From assembly GCA_951406725.2 (NCBI GenBank), contig OX597835.1:44206001-44270000 (forward strand): a DNA stretch of 64,000 nucleotides, given 5' to 3'. Origin of the DNA: Octopus vulgaris (lineage: Eukaryota). This document shows positions 43,614 to 61,009 of this stretch, piece by piece. Under the pieces are notes generated by a model. It was given only the letters and a program-made list of their open reading frames with translations, had not been told where the DNA came from and made no database searches. Within the stretch, counting starts at the first letter, position 1; each line of letters starts with the position of its first letter. Position numbers and translations under genes: made by a program.

Positions 43614-43980
43614 GAGGAGGCGGTTGGATGGAACCTACACTCGCCTCCTTATGAGAGCTCAAAATCTCTCGTGGAAGCGCCATCCAACCAAAATGCAAAT
43701 ATATGGGAAACTACCACCTGTATCATCTCTTGTAAAAGGTAGGAGAGTCCAGTTTGCTGGACATTGTTGTAGAACTGAAAAAGAAGTAATTTCTACTCTT
43801 CTCCTCTGGAAGCCATCTACTCGCAACACCAGAGGGCGCACACTCTCCTACCCTGATGTAATCTCCAGGGATACAGGCATCCAGCAACAGGACCTCCGTA
43901 ATGCTATGATGGACCGTGAAGTCTGGCGCAACATGGTAAATTCCATTGTCTCGACCACGGTCGAACAATGATGATGATGA
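43612..43980 (+). mobile_element. 5'-truncated RTE-clade LINE 3' end inside (CTA)n
   Basis: Open frame LDGTYTRLLMRAQNLSW..YGKLPPVS..RRVQFAGHCCR..LLLWKP..AMMDREVWR*, followed by a (TGA)n tail. Confidence 0.88.
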
Positions 43981-44007
43981 CTACTACTACAACAACTGCT
44001 GCTGCTG

Positions 44008-44047
<40 letters not shown>

Positions 44048-44048
44048 A

Positions 44049-44136
<88 letters not shown>

Positions 44137-44296
44137 ATGCAGCTGAAGAAGAGCAAGACCTGAACGAAGACGGTGATTATATGAGGATGATGGTGACGAC
44201 GGCAGCAATGATGATGATGATGTTTGCAGCGATAATGGTGATGATGATGATGATGATGATGACGATGATGATGATGATGACGATGATGATGATGAC

Positions 44297-44329
<33 letters not shown>

Positions 44330-44443
44330 ATTGAAAAAGAAATTGTTCGAAAAACAAAAATTAACGAGAAATAACTTAATATTTTAATTCAGCACCAAGT
44401 TATTTCGTCTCAAATAATCTCACGAAGATCTAACTTCAACACC

Positions 44444-44578
<135 letters not shown>

Positions 44579-44726
44579 AACTCACGTACACGCGCAAGCG
44601 CACCGGCGAAAACGCGAACATCATATATAATTACCTTATATAAGTGCATGAACTCATAGACGACGTACTCCTGTAGGCAAATACAAAATGTACAAATACC
44701 AACACTTACATACAATGATCAATAAG

Positions 44727-44762
<36 letters not shown>

Positions 44763-45023
44763 TGTATGTATGTATATATATATACGGCAAAATTATATGT
44801 GCATCCAGCTATATCTCATGTATTATACATATATCGACGACGATATATGTTATATATATATATGTTATATATATATATATGTGTGTGTGTATTTCTATAT
44901 ATTTGTATATATATGTGTATATATATCTTTATATATATATGTATATATCTCTCTCTATCTATCTATATATTGATATATGTACAGACGCATTCACACAAAT
45001 ACATGCACAGAAATAGACAGTCT

Positions 45024-45090
<67 letters not shown>

Positions 45091-45211
45091 TTATACAGGC
45101 GCATATGTGTACACATGCAACCACATGCATATGCACATGTACATATGTACTTGCACATTCGGGCACCTGTATATGTGCACATGTACGTATATGCATATAT
45201 ATATATATACA

Positions 45212-45267
<56 letters not shown>

Positions 45268-45503
45268 CCAGTATATACATTGATATATATATATATATAT
45301 GGGTGTGTGTGCTAATGTATATATGTGTATGCATATACGCACATACATACATAACCGCTCACACAGACCCATATCCTGAATAGTTTCTTTAATAATGAAG
45401 TTCTTATTTGACAGCAAATAATACAAGAATTCTCAAAAATATATATATATATACATATATAAAAAGAAGTAGAAAACACACCAAATTATCAGCCGAAAAC
45501 ACC

Positions 45504-46332
<829 letters not shown>

Positions 46333-46919
46333 ATATTTTGTTTCAGTTTTGATTCTGCTTCGAATGATTAATTGTTTAAAGACTTTCAGACTTTTAAAGA
46401 CGAATCATAATTTTGTTTTTCATTGTCCGTTTAGACGTTTTTTTTTTCCTACCACAAATAATCCGTTATTCCAAACTCCATCCCCACTTTCGCTATGTCA
46501 TGCACTAACCACGTCAATAAATACAAATTATAATAGTAAAAAAAAAAAAACATTTCATCGTGTTCTACTTCTTGAAATATTGAGTAATTTTTCGTGTATT
46601 TGCAATGGAACTTTTGCTTTGAAGAAGAATATAAAAGAATGCGATTAAACTCCTGGAACTGAGATCTTTTCGGTGTTGCAGACAATATGCAAGGATCTGC
46701 ACCAATCACACAACTATTCTAGAAATATCTTTCAAGTACATACTGCACACCTCTTTAGGATAAATTCCAAGTATTTTTCCTCTCATATGGCACCATGATC
46801 TTCTTACCTGGCTAAATCACGTAAACATTATGGATTTCAGTTCAGGCTCATTCTGGAGTGAACCGAAATACTTCTGAACTATTAAGAACTTTCTCTGTTT
46901 CCAACATTTTCACGGTTTT

Positions 46920-47398
<479 letters not shown>

Positions 47399-47479
47399 TA
47401 ATATATTTGCGTTTCTCTACCATTTGATATATAAATACAAATACGCTCTACATTGTTTTCATACCTGACAACTGCTGGC

Positions 47480-47634
47480 TTGCTTGTGGGCTAAGATGAT
47501 TGCTTCCCAACAACATGGTTCCGAGTTCACTCTCACAGCATGGCACCTTGGACAAGTGTTTTTTTACTCCTGCCTCGGGACGACCAAAGCCTTGTGAGTT
47601 GATTTGAGAGAGGGAAATTGAAAGAAACCCGTCG

Positions 47635-47665
<31 letters not shown>

Positions 47666-47740
47666 ACAACGTCGCGCCAAAAGCCCGTCAAGGCGGTGCT
47701 CCAGCATGGAGCACTGAAACAAGTAAAGAAATAAAAGAAT
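47480..47740 (+). mobile_element. Diverged, internally deleted CORE-like SINE
   Basis: catggttccgagttca..ggcaccttggacaagtgt..aaggcggtgctccagcatgg..ctgaaacaagtaaag. Confidence 0.75.
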
Positions 47741-47783
47741 AAAATAATACACACTAACGTACACATACATACATACATACATA

Positions 47784-47827
<44 letters not shown>

Positions 47828-47855
47828 TATATACATATATACATATATAATATAC

Positions 47856-47897
<42 letters not shown>

Positions 47898-48472
47898 GAA
47901 TATATATACATACATACATTCATACATACATTCATATATACATATATATGTATATCCATACGTACTTTCGTATGTATGTATGTGTATGTGTGTATGCCAT
48001 TCTTCGTTTTATTTCAAGATTTCTTGCCAATAGAAAAAGAGCCAATTTCTAACCTTAGAATCAAGGCTCCTTCATTGGCCTTTCAGCAACAGCAACAGAA
48101 CACTTTCGTATGCACTGTATGCATACGTGCACATATGTACGTTTTGTTTTATGTATGTCTTCGTATGTATGTATGAATATGTAATATATTTATAATGTAT
48201 ACCTGAGAACGGAAAGAGGGAGAGAGAGAATCTTGACGTTAGCGTAGTGATTAATCTGAAGAAATGTTTAAAGTAGGTTTCATTTATAGTCGTGAATGTA
48301 GAAAACCCTTTCATAATCTGCAAAGTTTCTCGGATTTTCTATGCAGTTTCGTTTGGATTAACGAATTACGGTTTTACTAATTGTCTTAGCCAGCATTTCT
48401 GAAAGCTAATACTGTAATCGCCTGATTTTCCTGAATCCTTATACCCTAAACCAAATACGCAGACAGACAGGC

Positions 48473-48580
<108 letters not shown>

Positions 48581-48854
48581 ATGTATGTATGTATGTATGT
48601 CCAGAACATCGTTATAAAATTGCTTGAAATGCAACGGCCATGCTTTTGGGGGTTAGTATTGACTGACGTGTTTCGGATATGTGAATGTTTTCTTAGAGAA
48701 AAGCTTCAATGCATAATTAATAAACGATCAAAGCTCGGTTCTATTAAACACAAATGACTTTATTTTAAAGCAAATAATGTAAAATTGTGGAAGTTCGTGC
48801 CTTTCACGAAAATATAATAAAGTTTCTATTGCCATTTTTCACCAACAATTAATA

Positions 48855-49035
48855 TTCCTTTCTACTATTTGCACATGTTGTGACAATTTGGTGACGGGGC
48901 TAGTCAATTAAATCAACCCTAGTGCCCAACTGGTACTGATTGTATCAACTGGGAAAGATAAATGGTAAAGCCGACCTCGGTGGAATTTGAACTCAGACCA
49001 TAAAGACGGGCAAAATATCGCTAAGTATTTGGCCG
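48855..49035 (-). mobile_element. Decayed Meta-like SINE
   Basis: aactggtact..cgacctcggtggaatttgaactcaga. Confidence 0.7.
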
Positions 49036-50911
49036 CATTCGCCTCACAATTAATATCAGATTTGGACGAGCTTCGATCGGCTGAAGTGAAGTGTGAAATT
49101 AGAGACACATATTTTCATTATTCTGTGAGTAATTTCTTATAGATTACCATTGTATCTGTCTGTTGATTTGGCTGTCTGGCTGTCTGGCTATCTATCTAAT
49201 CACGGTATTAAAACACAGATTCTGCGACACAATCCTGTCAATTAATTTATATATTTCAATTCCTGGGAAAGGCTATTGTTAGATTAGTTTGTAATCTCTT
49301 CACTGTTAAAATTAATCCTTCAAGAATCTAGGTTTTATTCACAACGTTTCAATCGGTCAATTGTCTGGTCGCACTTAGGAGCGGTCAACCTATGCACACA
49401 CATCACACACAAACTCGCTTTAGAGTGCGACCACACGCATATATGCACGCACAAATATCTACACATCCATAAAACCCCGAAGGTGTTTGTGCTATCTCCG
49501 CTACCAATGACATTAATACGTATATTTAAGATGGCTAACATCATGAACTTAGAGCCTCTTAATTCTCACAGTTCTAATTTCAAGATTACAATGCCGTGAC
49601 AATATAAGAAAGCGCCATACACAATCTGTGGCACAGATATTTCCCAAACTTTAAATGACCATCGGTTTGGCTAAAGTGAAATTAAACAAAGTGATAATGG
49701 CATCGAAAGTAGTTAATGTTTTATCATTGTCTTTTTAGTTATCACCAGCGTTTTTCTACATGTCCACACTGGCGAGGTAGGTCAATTGTTTTCTGGTGCT
49801 ATTTGAGATTGCTTCGCTACCTATACCCACATTCTCAAGGTCGAAGGCAAACCCAACAATTAGTCCCGATGAAGAGTGTTTGGCAGAAGTCCCTACAGTA
49901 CAGATAGGTACGTTTATCAATTGTAGTCTCCGAATCGCTTAGTATATCACGTCACTAGAAGACTTCTATCCTGACGTAATTTTCGCTTGAAGGCATAAAA
50001 TGTTACAAAGTTTCTTCCATATGAACTCTTTTGGTATATAAAGTAACTTCCCCTTTTAAAGAACGCAATTTCTTGTACACTTTACCCTCCTCCCTTACAT
50101 CACTCGATACTTGGGTGACTGGCTTTGTTCTCAACCAAATTTCGCACGTGGACATTCGCTGCAGTTGCTTCTCCGTAGCTTTTTATCGACAACTGCGCAA
50201 CATTTCGGCGGGTAACAGACTATCCTCTTTCTTGTTTTCGTCTACTGATATCGTCATCTTTTCATCTTCTCTTTAATGATGCCACCTTCCTAAGCATGCG
50301 TTCCCTCAAATACTCCCCCACCTCTCCATGCTATTCTCTATAAACCTTTACATTCGTAAATATTGCTACAAAATACGCACTCACCATTCTTCTTCCAAAG
50401 AGGGTCGCTTAGTTTCAGCTACGAGATCATGCGCATCTATTAGTTATGACGACGATTACGCCATAAGCCATGACGCTCCCGAAACAGCTGTCGAGATAAC
50501 AAAATAACATAACTAATTTTGTTTTCCTTATTCGGTACACCGTATTTTGTATTCCATGTAAATACGCGAACTAAGCATATTTGTATTTATTTACCATTTT
50601 CCCTCCATAACGGCTCGACAAGGATCGTTCTTATAGCTAACTTTTAATGCTAGTGGGACTAATCCCAGACAATGTGGCAGGGGTTTAAGTTCTTATCCAT
50701 CTGAGTATTACTCTGTGTTATTTCCAACACACTGCATGTGCATACACACGTGTGTATGTGTATAGAAGTACAAACGCATACGTATGTACATCCAGGCGAA
50801 ATAAAATGCAAAACAAGATTAGCACACACACACACACACACACAAACACACGCACAAACACACACACTCACACACACACACTCATACACACACACAAACA
50901 TATATATACAT

Positions 50912-50972
<61 letters not shown>

Positions 50973-51176
50973 TATATATATATTTATGTATACAAAATAA
51001 GAAAATGGAGAAATACACCTTAATCAATAATCAACTACCAGATAACAACCCCTATCTCAATTTGTATATTTATGTATATATATATATATATATACATAAA
51101 TATGTGTGTATATACATACATATTTATATATACATACACATGCATACATACACATGTGCATGTATGCATGTATGTA

Positions 51177-51219
<43 letters not shown>

Positions 51220-52139
51220 CTGAGCAGAGAGCTTAGCTAAGCATGATCATAGGACTATATTACGGCTACATCGTTGTTCTGAGGTGTCTCGTTCGTTTTC
51301 TATTCGGCGAGCAAGCTTTATCATTGAGCCAAGCGACACCTATTACAACTGAAACAACACAGAGAAGCAAACATCTCGGGCGGCGTATGTAGAGTCAAGG
51401 AAACATTCTCAGACACTTCGCCTGGTAAGTCGCCATCTTATCAACTCGGTCAGCTGCAGGAGAGTCTGAGAGATGAGCAATAAATATAATATGAAACCAG
51501 AAGAACAAATAAAAACAAAAAGCCAATCTTATTTGTCCCAGATCGATAATTCTTACAGAAACAGTTCTATTCTACTTAATATTCTCGAACCAAATGTGAA
51601 CGACTCCACAGAAATTTGTCGATTTCCAGCGTAATATAGGACACGGTTACACTTCAACTCCTCCTGATATCTGTATTCTTGCGCATTTCACCGTGCATAT
51701 ACATACATATACATACACACACACACATATATATATAAATATATATATGCACATATATTTATATGTAAGCATAAAGGAATACATGCATACAGACACACGC
51801 ACCGATGTATGTATATTTGTGTGTGTGTGTGTGTGTGTGTCAGTGCATTTATGCGTAAATGTACACGTATATGTGTATGACTGTGTATTCATATATTCAT
51901 AAATATACGCGTAATTCTGTAAGTATGAATATGCATGTATGAAATTATATATAATATACTATATATAGAAACACATATATACGTACGTTTTATGTGTATA
52001 TGAATGTATGCATAACTGTGTCTATACGTCTATATATATATATATATATATATACATATGCGTACATAGTCATGTTTTGCATTTTATTTCGAGTGGGTGT
52101 ACATACGTATGCGTTTGTACTTATATACATATACATCAT

Positions 52140-52174
<35 letters not shown>

Positions 52175-52327
52175 CACACTCATATGCGTACACTTCTAAA
52201 CATATTGATACATTCATACTAACTAAAGTTGCTAAACCTTGAGCAAAATTTATAACAAGTTGCCAGATACATTTTGACGAACGCATATTTATGTGGAAAG
52301 CTTCCAAGTTTCATATATATTTCTGGT

Positions 52328-52380
<53 letters not shown>

Positions 52381-52848
52381 AGAGAGAGAGAGAGATAAGT
52401 ACTGTATGTATAGATTTATATTATTTGTTTATATTTTTATTATTTGCCTGTATTCCCAGCGCTCCATTCCAAACCATTTCTGTTCAGAATCAATCCCCAT
52501 CCAATAAAAATTCACCGCTCCATCACCGAGATCAGACGAATCCAGTGTGCATTAATATATCTGGTTGGCTTTGCGCAGGACTAAGACAAACAGGAAAGCT
52601 ACTTATTGGAGACTCGCTTCAACACTTTTCCTAATTACTGTACGCAGTCTAACGGTATGACATATTTCGATGCCACTCTGGGATTTGGGATTTAATAAAA
52701 CTATTGGAGGAATTTACTATCAGTACGTAATGTAATTAGATGTAGGCCTTACTGTCTGTCCCCACCCCACCGTCTGTCTCTTCTTCTATCCCTCTCTCTG
52801 TTTCTGTAACACACACACACACTTTCTCTTTGTCCAACTGTCTGTCTG

Positions 52849-52931
<83 letters not shown>

Positions 52932-52998
52932 ATATCTATCTATTTATCTATCTCTACCTATCTACCTATCTATCTACCTATGTATGTATGTATGTATG

Positions 52999-53061
<63 letters not shown>

Positions 53062-53261
53062 ATCTATCTGTCTATCTATCTGTCTGTTAGTTTCTATGTC
53101 CTATTGCGCATGTCACTTTCGTTGTCGATCTATCGACCAATGTATCTCTCTATCCTATCTATCTCTAACACGAATAACAACACGTACATATTTACCTTTG
53201 CACATATCTACGCACATGTTATCCATTCATATACAAATAAATATTAATAATCTTTTTCTCT

Positions 53262-53312
<51 letters not shown>

Positions 53313-53873
53313 ATGAGCATGGAACAAATATATATTCATATATATATATATATATATGTACACACACGCACACAAACACACATAAACATATATCTTCTTT
53401 TACCGGGTGTCAAGTTAATATATTTCTTATACACGTCATCTGTTGTCTGTTTTTATCCTTTTATTTGAATTGGTATATATATATATATACATACATTTAT
53501 GTGTGTGTGTGTACTTGATTTAATATTATAGGGATTGAATAAAAACCGTCGTCCATTTCTACATAGATTTATGATTATTAGTATTGCAATACTCTTGTAA
53601 AAGTTAGATATAGAAATGGTTTCACTCTGAAAAGTCACATCAAGTAGGGGCGAAAATGTATGCCTTCGCTTGCGTGGCGTCCCGTGTCCATAAACTGATC
53701 GTGTGATTACCTCGTCCAACGTGACCAAGTGTGTACTGCAAGATGCTGTTTGGCAATGATATCGAGGGGTCTTCTTTCTATCCGTATATATGCATACGCT
53801 TACAAGAAAATACATATATACACAAATTAACACAGTATATGTGTTGCTCTATTTACACCCCACTCTCTGTGTG

Positions 53874-53940
<67 letters not shown>

Positions 53941-54192
53941 GTATATATATGCGTACGTATCTATATATATACACATATATATATACATTTATTTTATATG
54001 TATGTCTTTGTATATATATGTACATGTACATATATATATATATATATATACATATACGTATGTATAATATATATGTACACATATATACACACATATGTTG
54101 TATATACATATATATATATGTGAGCCCATGTATACGTGTATAAATATACATATATAATGCGATATAACCATAGGGCTGAAATATATAAAAGA

Positions 54193-54266
<74 letters not shown>

Positions 54267-54846
54267 GCATGTATATATTTATGCATGCATAAATGTATGT
54301 TTATCTGTATGTATGCATGTATGTATGTATATATATAGAAAGATATGTGCTCTCGAGAAATTTATACGAAGACCTAAAAAGTTAGGCTGAGAAATCAGTG
54401 GTAATTTAATGAAATTTCATAATTATAGATGATTATGTGACGATAATGGAATTTGTCGAGACGTTTGAGGAGCGGCCGACTAAATAATCTCTTATAGTAT
54501 TAAGTTTCCTGCTTGTAATATCTGACAGAGAACAAATCCTAGCGGAGATTATGATGTCCGTCCTCAGTGCATGGTGTTGGGTTGGTGGGGAAGGTAGGGT
54601 CGGTGCTGAAGACGACGTGTAATAGCGTTTGTGAAAGAGCAGACATTTTAGATATGGGAATATATTCCGTTAAATGGAGCTCTGTAACGGCTTTAGCCAT
54701 TGTGTTGTGGTGGTCAGTAATGTGAACACGGCAGTTCAATAAAGAAGTTCTACTTCATCACCTCAAACCCTGCTTTTGATTCCAGTTCGGTTATTATTCT
54801 ATCGATCCTACTGCATCGTATTGCTAAGTTGATAATACTCTCTTGC

Positions 54847-54888
<42 letters not shown>

Positions 54889-55124
54889 GAGAAAGAGAGA
54901 GAGAGAGGAGGGGAAGAGAAAGAGAGAGAGGAGGGGAAGAAAAAAAGAGAGAGAGGGAGAGATAACCCCGGATTTTACACTGGTAAACATATATATATAT
55001 ATATATTGGCTAAACTGGCAAAATGACCATTCCGAAATACAACAATATATATACTTTATCACTTTACTATATATATATACATACATATATTTGTATGTAT
55101 ATATATAGTAAAGTGATAAAGTTA

Positions 55125-55378
55125 AAAGTTAAAGGCTACCTTTCCAAATCATACCAATTAGTAAGGGCCGGTTTCCCGGTTTCCATGGCGTATGAATTCC
55201 CCACCTGCATGGAGCACCAGTCCATAGCAAGATTACTCCTCTTTTGCCAGCTGAGTAGACTGGAGCAACAGGAAATGAAATGTTTTGATCATGAACACAA
55301 CGCGTTGCCCGGTCCAGGAATCGAAACCACAATATTACGGTCATGAGTCCAACACCCTCACCACTAAGCCGCACGCCT
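55125..55378 (-). mobile_element. tRNA-derived SINE, fourth family
   Basis: Minus-strand head aggcgtgcggcttagtggtgagggtgttggactcatgacc..ggtttcgattcctgg with A and B boxes. Confidence 0.75.
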
Positions 55379-56147
55379 TCACATATACAGATATAGACAC
55401 AGAGTCAAACATAGGCTTACAAGGCTGTAAGGGTGTAGCCTTGTAAGCCAAAGTCTTTGTCCAGCAAATTTCACCCAGCTGTAGGTTAAAACAGAAGACG
55501 TCTTATCATGGAGCCGAACATTGAAAGACGAAATCAGAAACGTTTGGCCCCAAAGCGCACCTCTAAATCGCACTCCCACGCCTGCGTACATATTACCCAT
55601 GCTTATTATGTTGCCTCTCAGAATATAGGATATGTGAAGTTGGAACTGGTAAAATTCAATCTGGAGATATTAGAGGGACCTTGCTCCCTACAACCAAAAG
55701 ACGTACTTATATCCTGGTTGGTAATTAGGTTTCTAGTCAACAGATTATTATAACAAATCGTCACATGTGTGTGATGGTGGATCTCCATCGTTCCCGGAGA
55801 GGATTCATTTGATCCATCAACCGAATTGCCTGCTCTGGAATTAGTTTATAAGTGGCTGGGTATACTGCACACATATGCATCCTTAGCATAAAACTTCAGT
55901 AGAATCGAGGGGACTCAGCGTGTGACAAAGTTGCCGCTTTTGAATTACAGATGCAATCCACTGGACAAGGTTCAATACAGTTTCCGCTCACCCAGTTTCC
56001 CTTACAAGGTATGAGACAACTCGAGAGTACAAAATTTGACATTTGTCCAAGACACGATGTAGCTGGGTCAAACTAGAGATCTTGTGGCTGCAAAGCGAAC
56101 CATTTTCCTTTTACTGATTTACCGCTCATATACATTACATTAATAAA

Positions 56148-56359
56148 CCTTTCTATTATAGGCACAAGGCTCGAAATTTTGTGGGTGGAGCCAGTCGATG
56201 TAATCGACCCCATTGTTTCACTGGTACTTATTTTACCGAATCTGAAAGGATGAAAGGCAAAGTCAACTTCGGCGGAATTTGAACTCAGAACGTAGCGATG
56301 GGCGAAATACCGCCAAGCATTTCGTCCCAGCGTGCTAACGATTCTGCCAGTTCGCCGCC
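56148..56359 (-). mobile_element. Meta-like SINE monomer
   Basis: Colinear with the reverse complement of 40813-41022. Confidence 0.85.
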
Positions 56360-57666
56360 CATACATTACATAAATAATAAAAATGGTGAGGTATATATAC
56401 ACCCATATAAATATAGTATAAACACAGGATAAACAATTTTAACTGAGGTAGAATGAGGGATGAGCGTACAGTATGCATGGTAGAGTGGAATAAAGCACAA
56501 TGATCTAATGTAGAATGCTGTCTTGTACGCTAGATTGTACAGTATAAACCACCCCTCGATACCATAAAGCGAATAATTTGACTCGTACTTTATTTTATTG
56601 ACCTTCAAAATGGTGGAAATCAAAGCCCACCAGGGCAGAATTTGAAACTAGAAAGCGAAACCGGAAGAAATACCAGAAAAATTACCGGTGTGCTGCAGGG
56701 TTAACCCGTTGCTGTATGGTGATCATTTTTGATTGCGATCTATGGTAAAACAAAACGTGAAATGAACTCTGGGCTCAAGGTCAGAACGTACGGCCGGTGA
56801 GCCGTTGCAATAATCGAACCGACGAAATCATTATCTTGTAGCAAACACATTCCATACAGCACTACGCATCATTATATAACCAGAGCAGGATACTTTACAG
56901 AATTGTACAGTAAGTCTAGATAAATTCGCGTACAAAGTAGCACAGTATGTTAGAGTAAAATTCGCTACATTACACTAGAGTATGGTATAGTAACCTAGAG
57001 CGGTGTGAAATATGCTACACTAAATTGAGTTGCATTTAGATAATGTTGAGTAGTGGCAGTTCGATGCGGCATGGAACGCTGCAGGGCACGGTTGTATTCT
57101 ACCAACTGGTGCCGTACAGTATTGTAGAAAATGATAGAGTAAACTTTGGGAAATCATAGTTTCGTGTTCCTTAACTTTATTTATCGCCGTTTTGCTGTTG
57201 TGTAGCAGAGATGGTTGTGTCAGTGAAAGATTTATATATTGAACAATGTGTATGCGCTGTGTCCTTATGGGTTAGTGTGTTTGTGTATGTGTGCGTGTGT
57301 GAGTATGTGTGTATGTGTCTATGTATGTGTGTGTGTGTGCGTGTGTGTTCAGGTTCTGGACACAATCCATTCCGAGAAAGCCATGTGTCTTAGATCACCG
57401 ACCAAAATTGCCACGGTCATTACTCAAACAGGAATGGAAGTAAGGCTGTCATACACTTTTCAGTAACTATATACTTTTATGTATACATATACACATATAG
57501 ACAGACATGCATGTACACACAGAAATACACACACACAGACACGCAGACACACACACGCAGACACACACACGCAGACACACACACACACATATGAATGCGT
57601 GTGAATTTATAAGTGTATATGCCAGTGTGTATATATGCCTATCTGTGTAAATACATACATACATCG

Positions 57667-57710
<44 letters not shown>

Positions 57711-57737
57711 GTATATATATATACTCATACATATACT

Positions 57738-57795
<58 letters not shown>

Positions 57796-57796
57796 A

Positions 57797-57833
<37 letters not shown>

Positions 57834-58400
57834 CATACATATATACATATACATACATATATATGTATGTATATATATCTATTTATCTATGTATATATCT
57901 ATAAATATACGCGCTCATATTAAGAGACAGAAGCAGGAAGACAGTGATAGAGAGAAACATGGACACTGAGAGACATAAATCTATCAAAATAGAATTCTAT
58001 TTGTGACATACATACATACACACACATACATACATGCATACATACATATATACATGCATACATACATACAAATTCACACACAAACACACACAGATATATC
58101 AGAAGACCATGGAAGTGCTCCATACGCTATTATACAACCAATGTTTCTCATCTTATTTATTGAGATCTAAAGAAATATTGGCACTTAGAACAAATATCGC
58201 AACGTAAACTTCCATATTGCATTTCTTGGGCATTCACTTCTGACGTTCGACTGTTACTAATGTCAATGTTTATAGATCTTTGCCTATATATGGTGGGGAC
58301 CATGCGTGTATGTCTATATGCGTCTCTATGCTAGGATTGATGTAGGTAAGGATATCTATATATCTAGATTATGTAGATGTGTTTGTGCTTGTTATTGTTC

Positions 58401-58443
<43 letters not shown>

Positions 58444-58444
58444 T

Positions 58445-58503
<59 letters not shown>

Positions 58504-58910
58504 CATATATATATATATACATATATATATATACATATATATATATACACACATATATATATATATATATATACGTATATATATATACATATACATATAC
58601 ATACATGCATGCATAAACACAGACACACACATATATATTTGTACATATACCTGTGTGTGTGTTTGTGTGTTTATATGTATGTATCAGTATGTATGTGTAA
58701 ATGTATGAGTATGATTGTGCACGTGTGAAAATAAAATGCATGTATTTATATATACGTGTATATATATGTGCATGTATGCGTATGCATGTGTATATGTAGA
58801 TATATATAATATATATATAATATATAATATATATATATATATTATATATATATATATGATGTGTGTGAATATCTGTTGTTCTCCGTATGATTGTATATGT
58901 ACATCTATCT

Positions 58911-59830
58911 ATACCCGTTCGGGATAAGCTCTACAGACACGGCTCGAGAAACACGGGGCCGACCTGCCCGAGATGCGGTCAGAGCGACGAAACAGTTCTG
59001 CACGCACTCGTGCAGTGTCCAACAATTTCCGACCTGTGGGCTTATGTCGAACGACTGCTGTCACGTATGGGACGAGTCGGTTTATCAACTGAGTCTATCG
59101 TCAATATTGTCACGCCTCCTTCCTTCAAACGGGAAGGAAGAGCTATTTTCATCATCCTTGTGGCTATGGCAAAAGAATGTATCTGGTGGACGCGTCTGAA
59201 AGGATTGGAGACAAACACTTTCCTCTCTGGTCAACCTCTCATCAACTTCTTCAAGTACCACTTGAAAAGGAAAGTGAGAGTAGAGAGGCAAGTTTTGTCT
59301 AGCGAATGTTTTAAAAAAAGATGGGTGAATGTAGCAAGGATGGCACGTATGAATGACGAAGCCACCTTGAGCATAATCCTATGAACCCAGAAATTGAAAA
59401 CAGAGGGTTACCCACTTGCAAACAAATGTGGTAACATATAACAATATTGACCAAGGTTACCGTGGTCTTTTTCGTAGGCTTTTCTTCCCACGGATAAACC
59501 TTACTTGCTTTGCCCTTTACACCATATATCATAACACTGTGATACACGATCCCTATTGATCGTTCTTTTTTTTTCCTCTTCCCCTTTTTTCTTCTTTTTT
59601 CATTTCTCTTTCCTTTTGTTCCTTTTCCTTTGCTTTTTTTTTCTTTTTATTCTTTTTATTTTATTCAATTTTTTTTTCTTCTTTTCTTCCCTTTTACGAT
59701 CCCTCTTGATCGAAAACCTACGCCACCCCTTTTTTTTTCTTTTGTTTTTTGTTCTCTTCATCCCCCAAAAGAAAAGCTCTACCTTGTAACTTGTCCCATC
59801 TGTGTGCAGCCCTGTGTGGCCAATAAAGAA
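58911..59830 (+). mobile_element. 5'-truncated Tx1/L1-clade LINE 3' end
   Basis: Open frame with zinc knuckle CPRC-GQSDETVL-H-ALVQ-C and IWWTR, stop at 59384; pyrimidine-rich 3' UTR; AATAAA at 59822-59827. Confidence 0.85.
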
Positions 59831-59918
59831 ACTTATCTATCTACCTATCTGTGTATCTATCTCTACCTACCTATCTACCTACCTACCTACCTACCTACCT
59901 ACCTACCTACCTACCTAC

Positions 59919-60018
<100 letters not shown>

Positions 60019-60802
60019 ATGTGTGTGTGTATACTTATAATAATCATATGTTGGTATGCATATTAATGTGCATATGCACGCATTCATGTATCAGTGTACT
60101 GGTGTGAACTAATAGATTGAACTCTAGAAGATAATCGATTAAAAAAATGATTCATCGCGGAGATGTATGTATGAACGATGATGATGAGTTAGATAAAGAG
60201 ATAGATGTAGTTATTTTTGAAATGTCTTACTTATGTTAACTGTTCCACTTATTTTATTTTCAAGGTGACTTACTAACTTTCATTCCTGAACACACCAATT
60301 GTTTTATATTGCCATTTAAAATTTATTAACATAACCAAGTTCAGCAGTAATTCATGCGTGGAAAAGAACATTTATAATCCCGAGCAGAGAAAGCGAAACA
60401 TTCCGAAACAGTTGAAATATATCCTTCACAGTGATTTTTAAGGAAAACCACCGTATCTGTTCATAACAATTAATTTTTTTCTTTTCCAGCAAATATATTA
60501 TGATTGCTATAGTTTTAATTTAACAGAGGTTGATTAAGAATATTCCACAAATATTTCGAATGCTGAGAATACGGAAGTCTTAAACAAAAGAAACGTTTGT
60601 TTCTATATATACTGTACGATGGTCTTTAATACGGTTGACATTATGTATTGTTTTAGCGACTACTTCATACTAACACTTCAGTAGAGCTCGTAGTATCTTC
60701 CATAGAATTATGACGTACACTTATCTATATTTTCAGCCCCATCTTTCAGTTATTTGCATTATTTACATTTCACGGATATATGTCCTCATCCTGTTGGTTG
60801 TT

Positions 60803-60848
60803 AACACAACGTTTCGGCTGATATACCATCCAGCTTTCATCAGGTGTC
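60803..60848 (-). ncRNA. Minimal type I hammerhead ribozyme motif
   Basis: gacac-CTGATGA-a-agctg-gatggtatat-cagcc-GAAA-cg-TT-gtgtt. Confidence 0.78.
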
Positions 60849-60918
60849 TTGGGGAAATTTCGAACCTGGGTTCTCATTCCTAAGGTATTTTTTCCGATGT
60901 TGTTATTATTATTATTAC

Positions 60919-60975
<57 letters not shown>

Positions 60976-61009
60976 CATCATCATCATCATCATTATTATC
61001 TCTATTATT

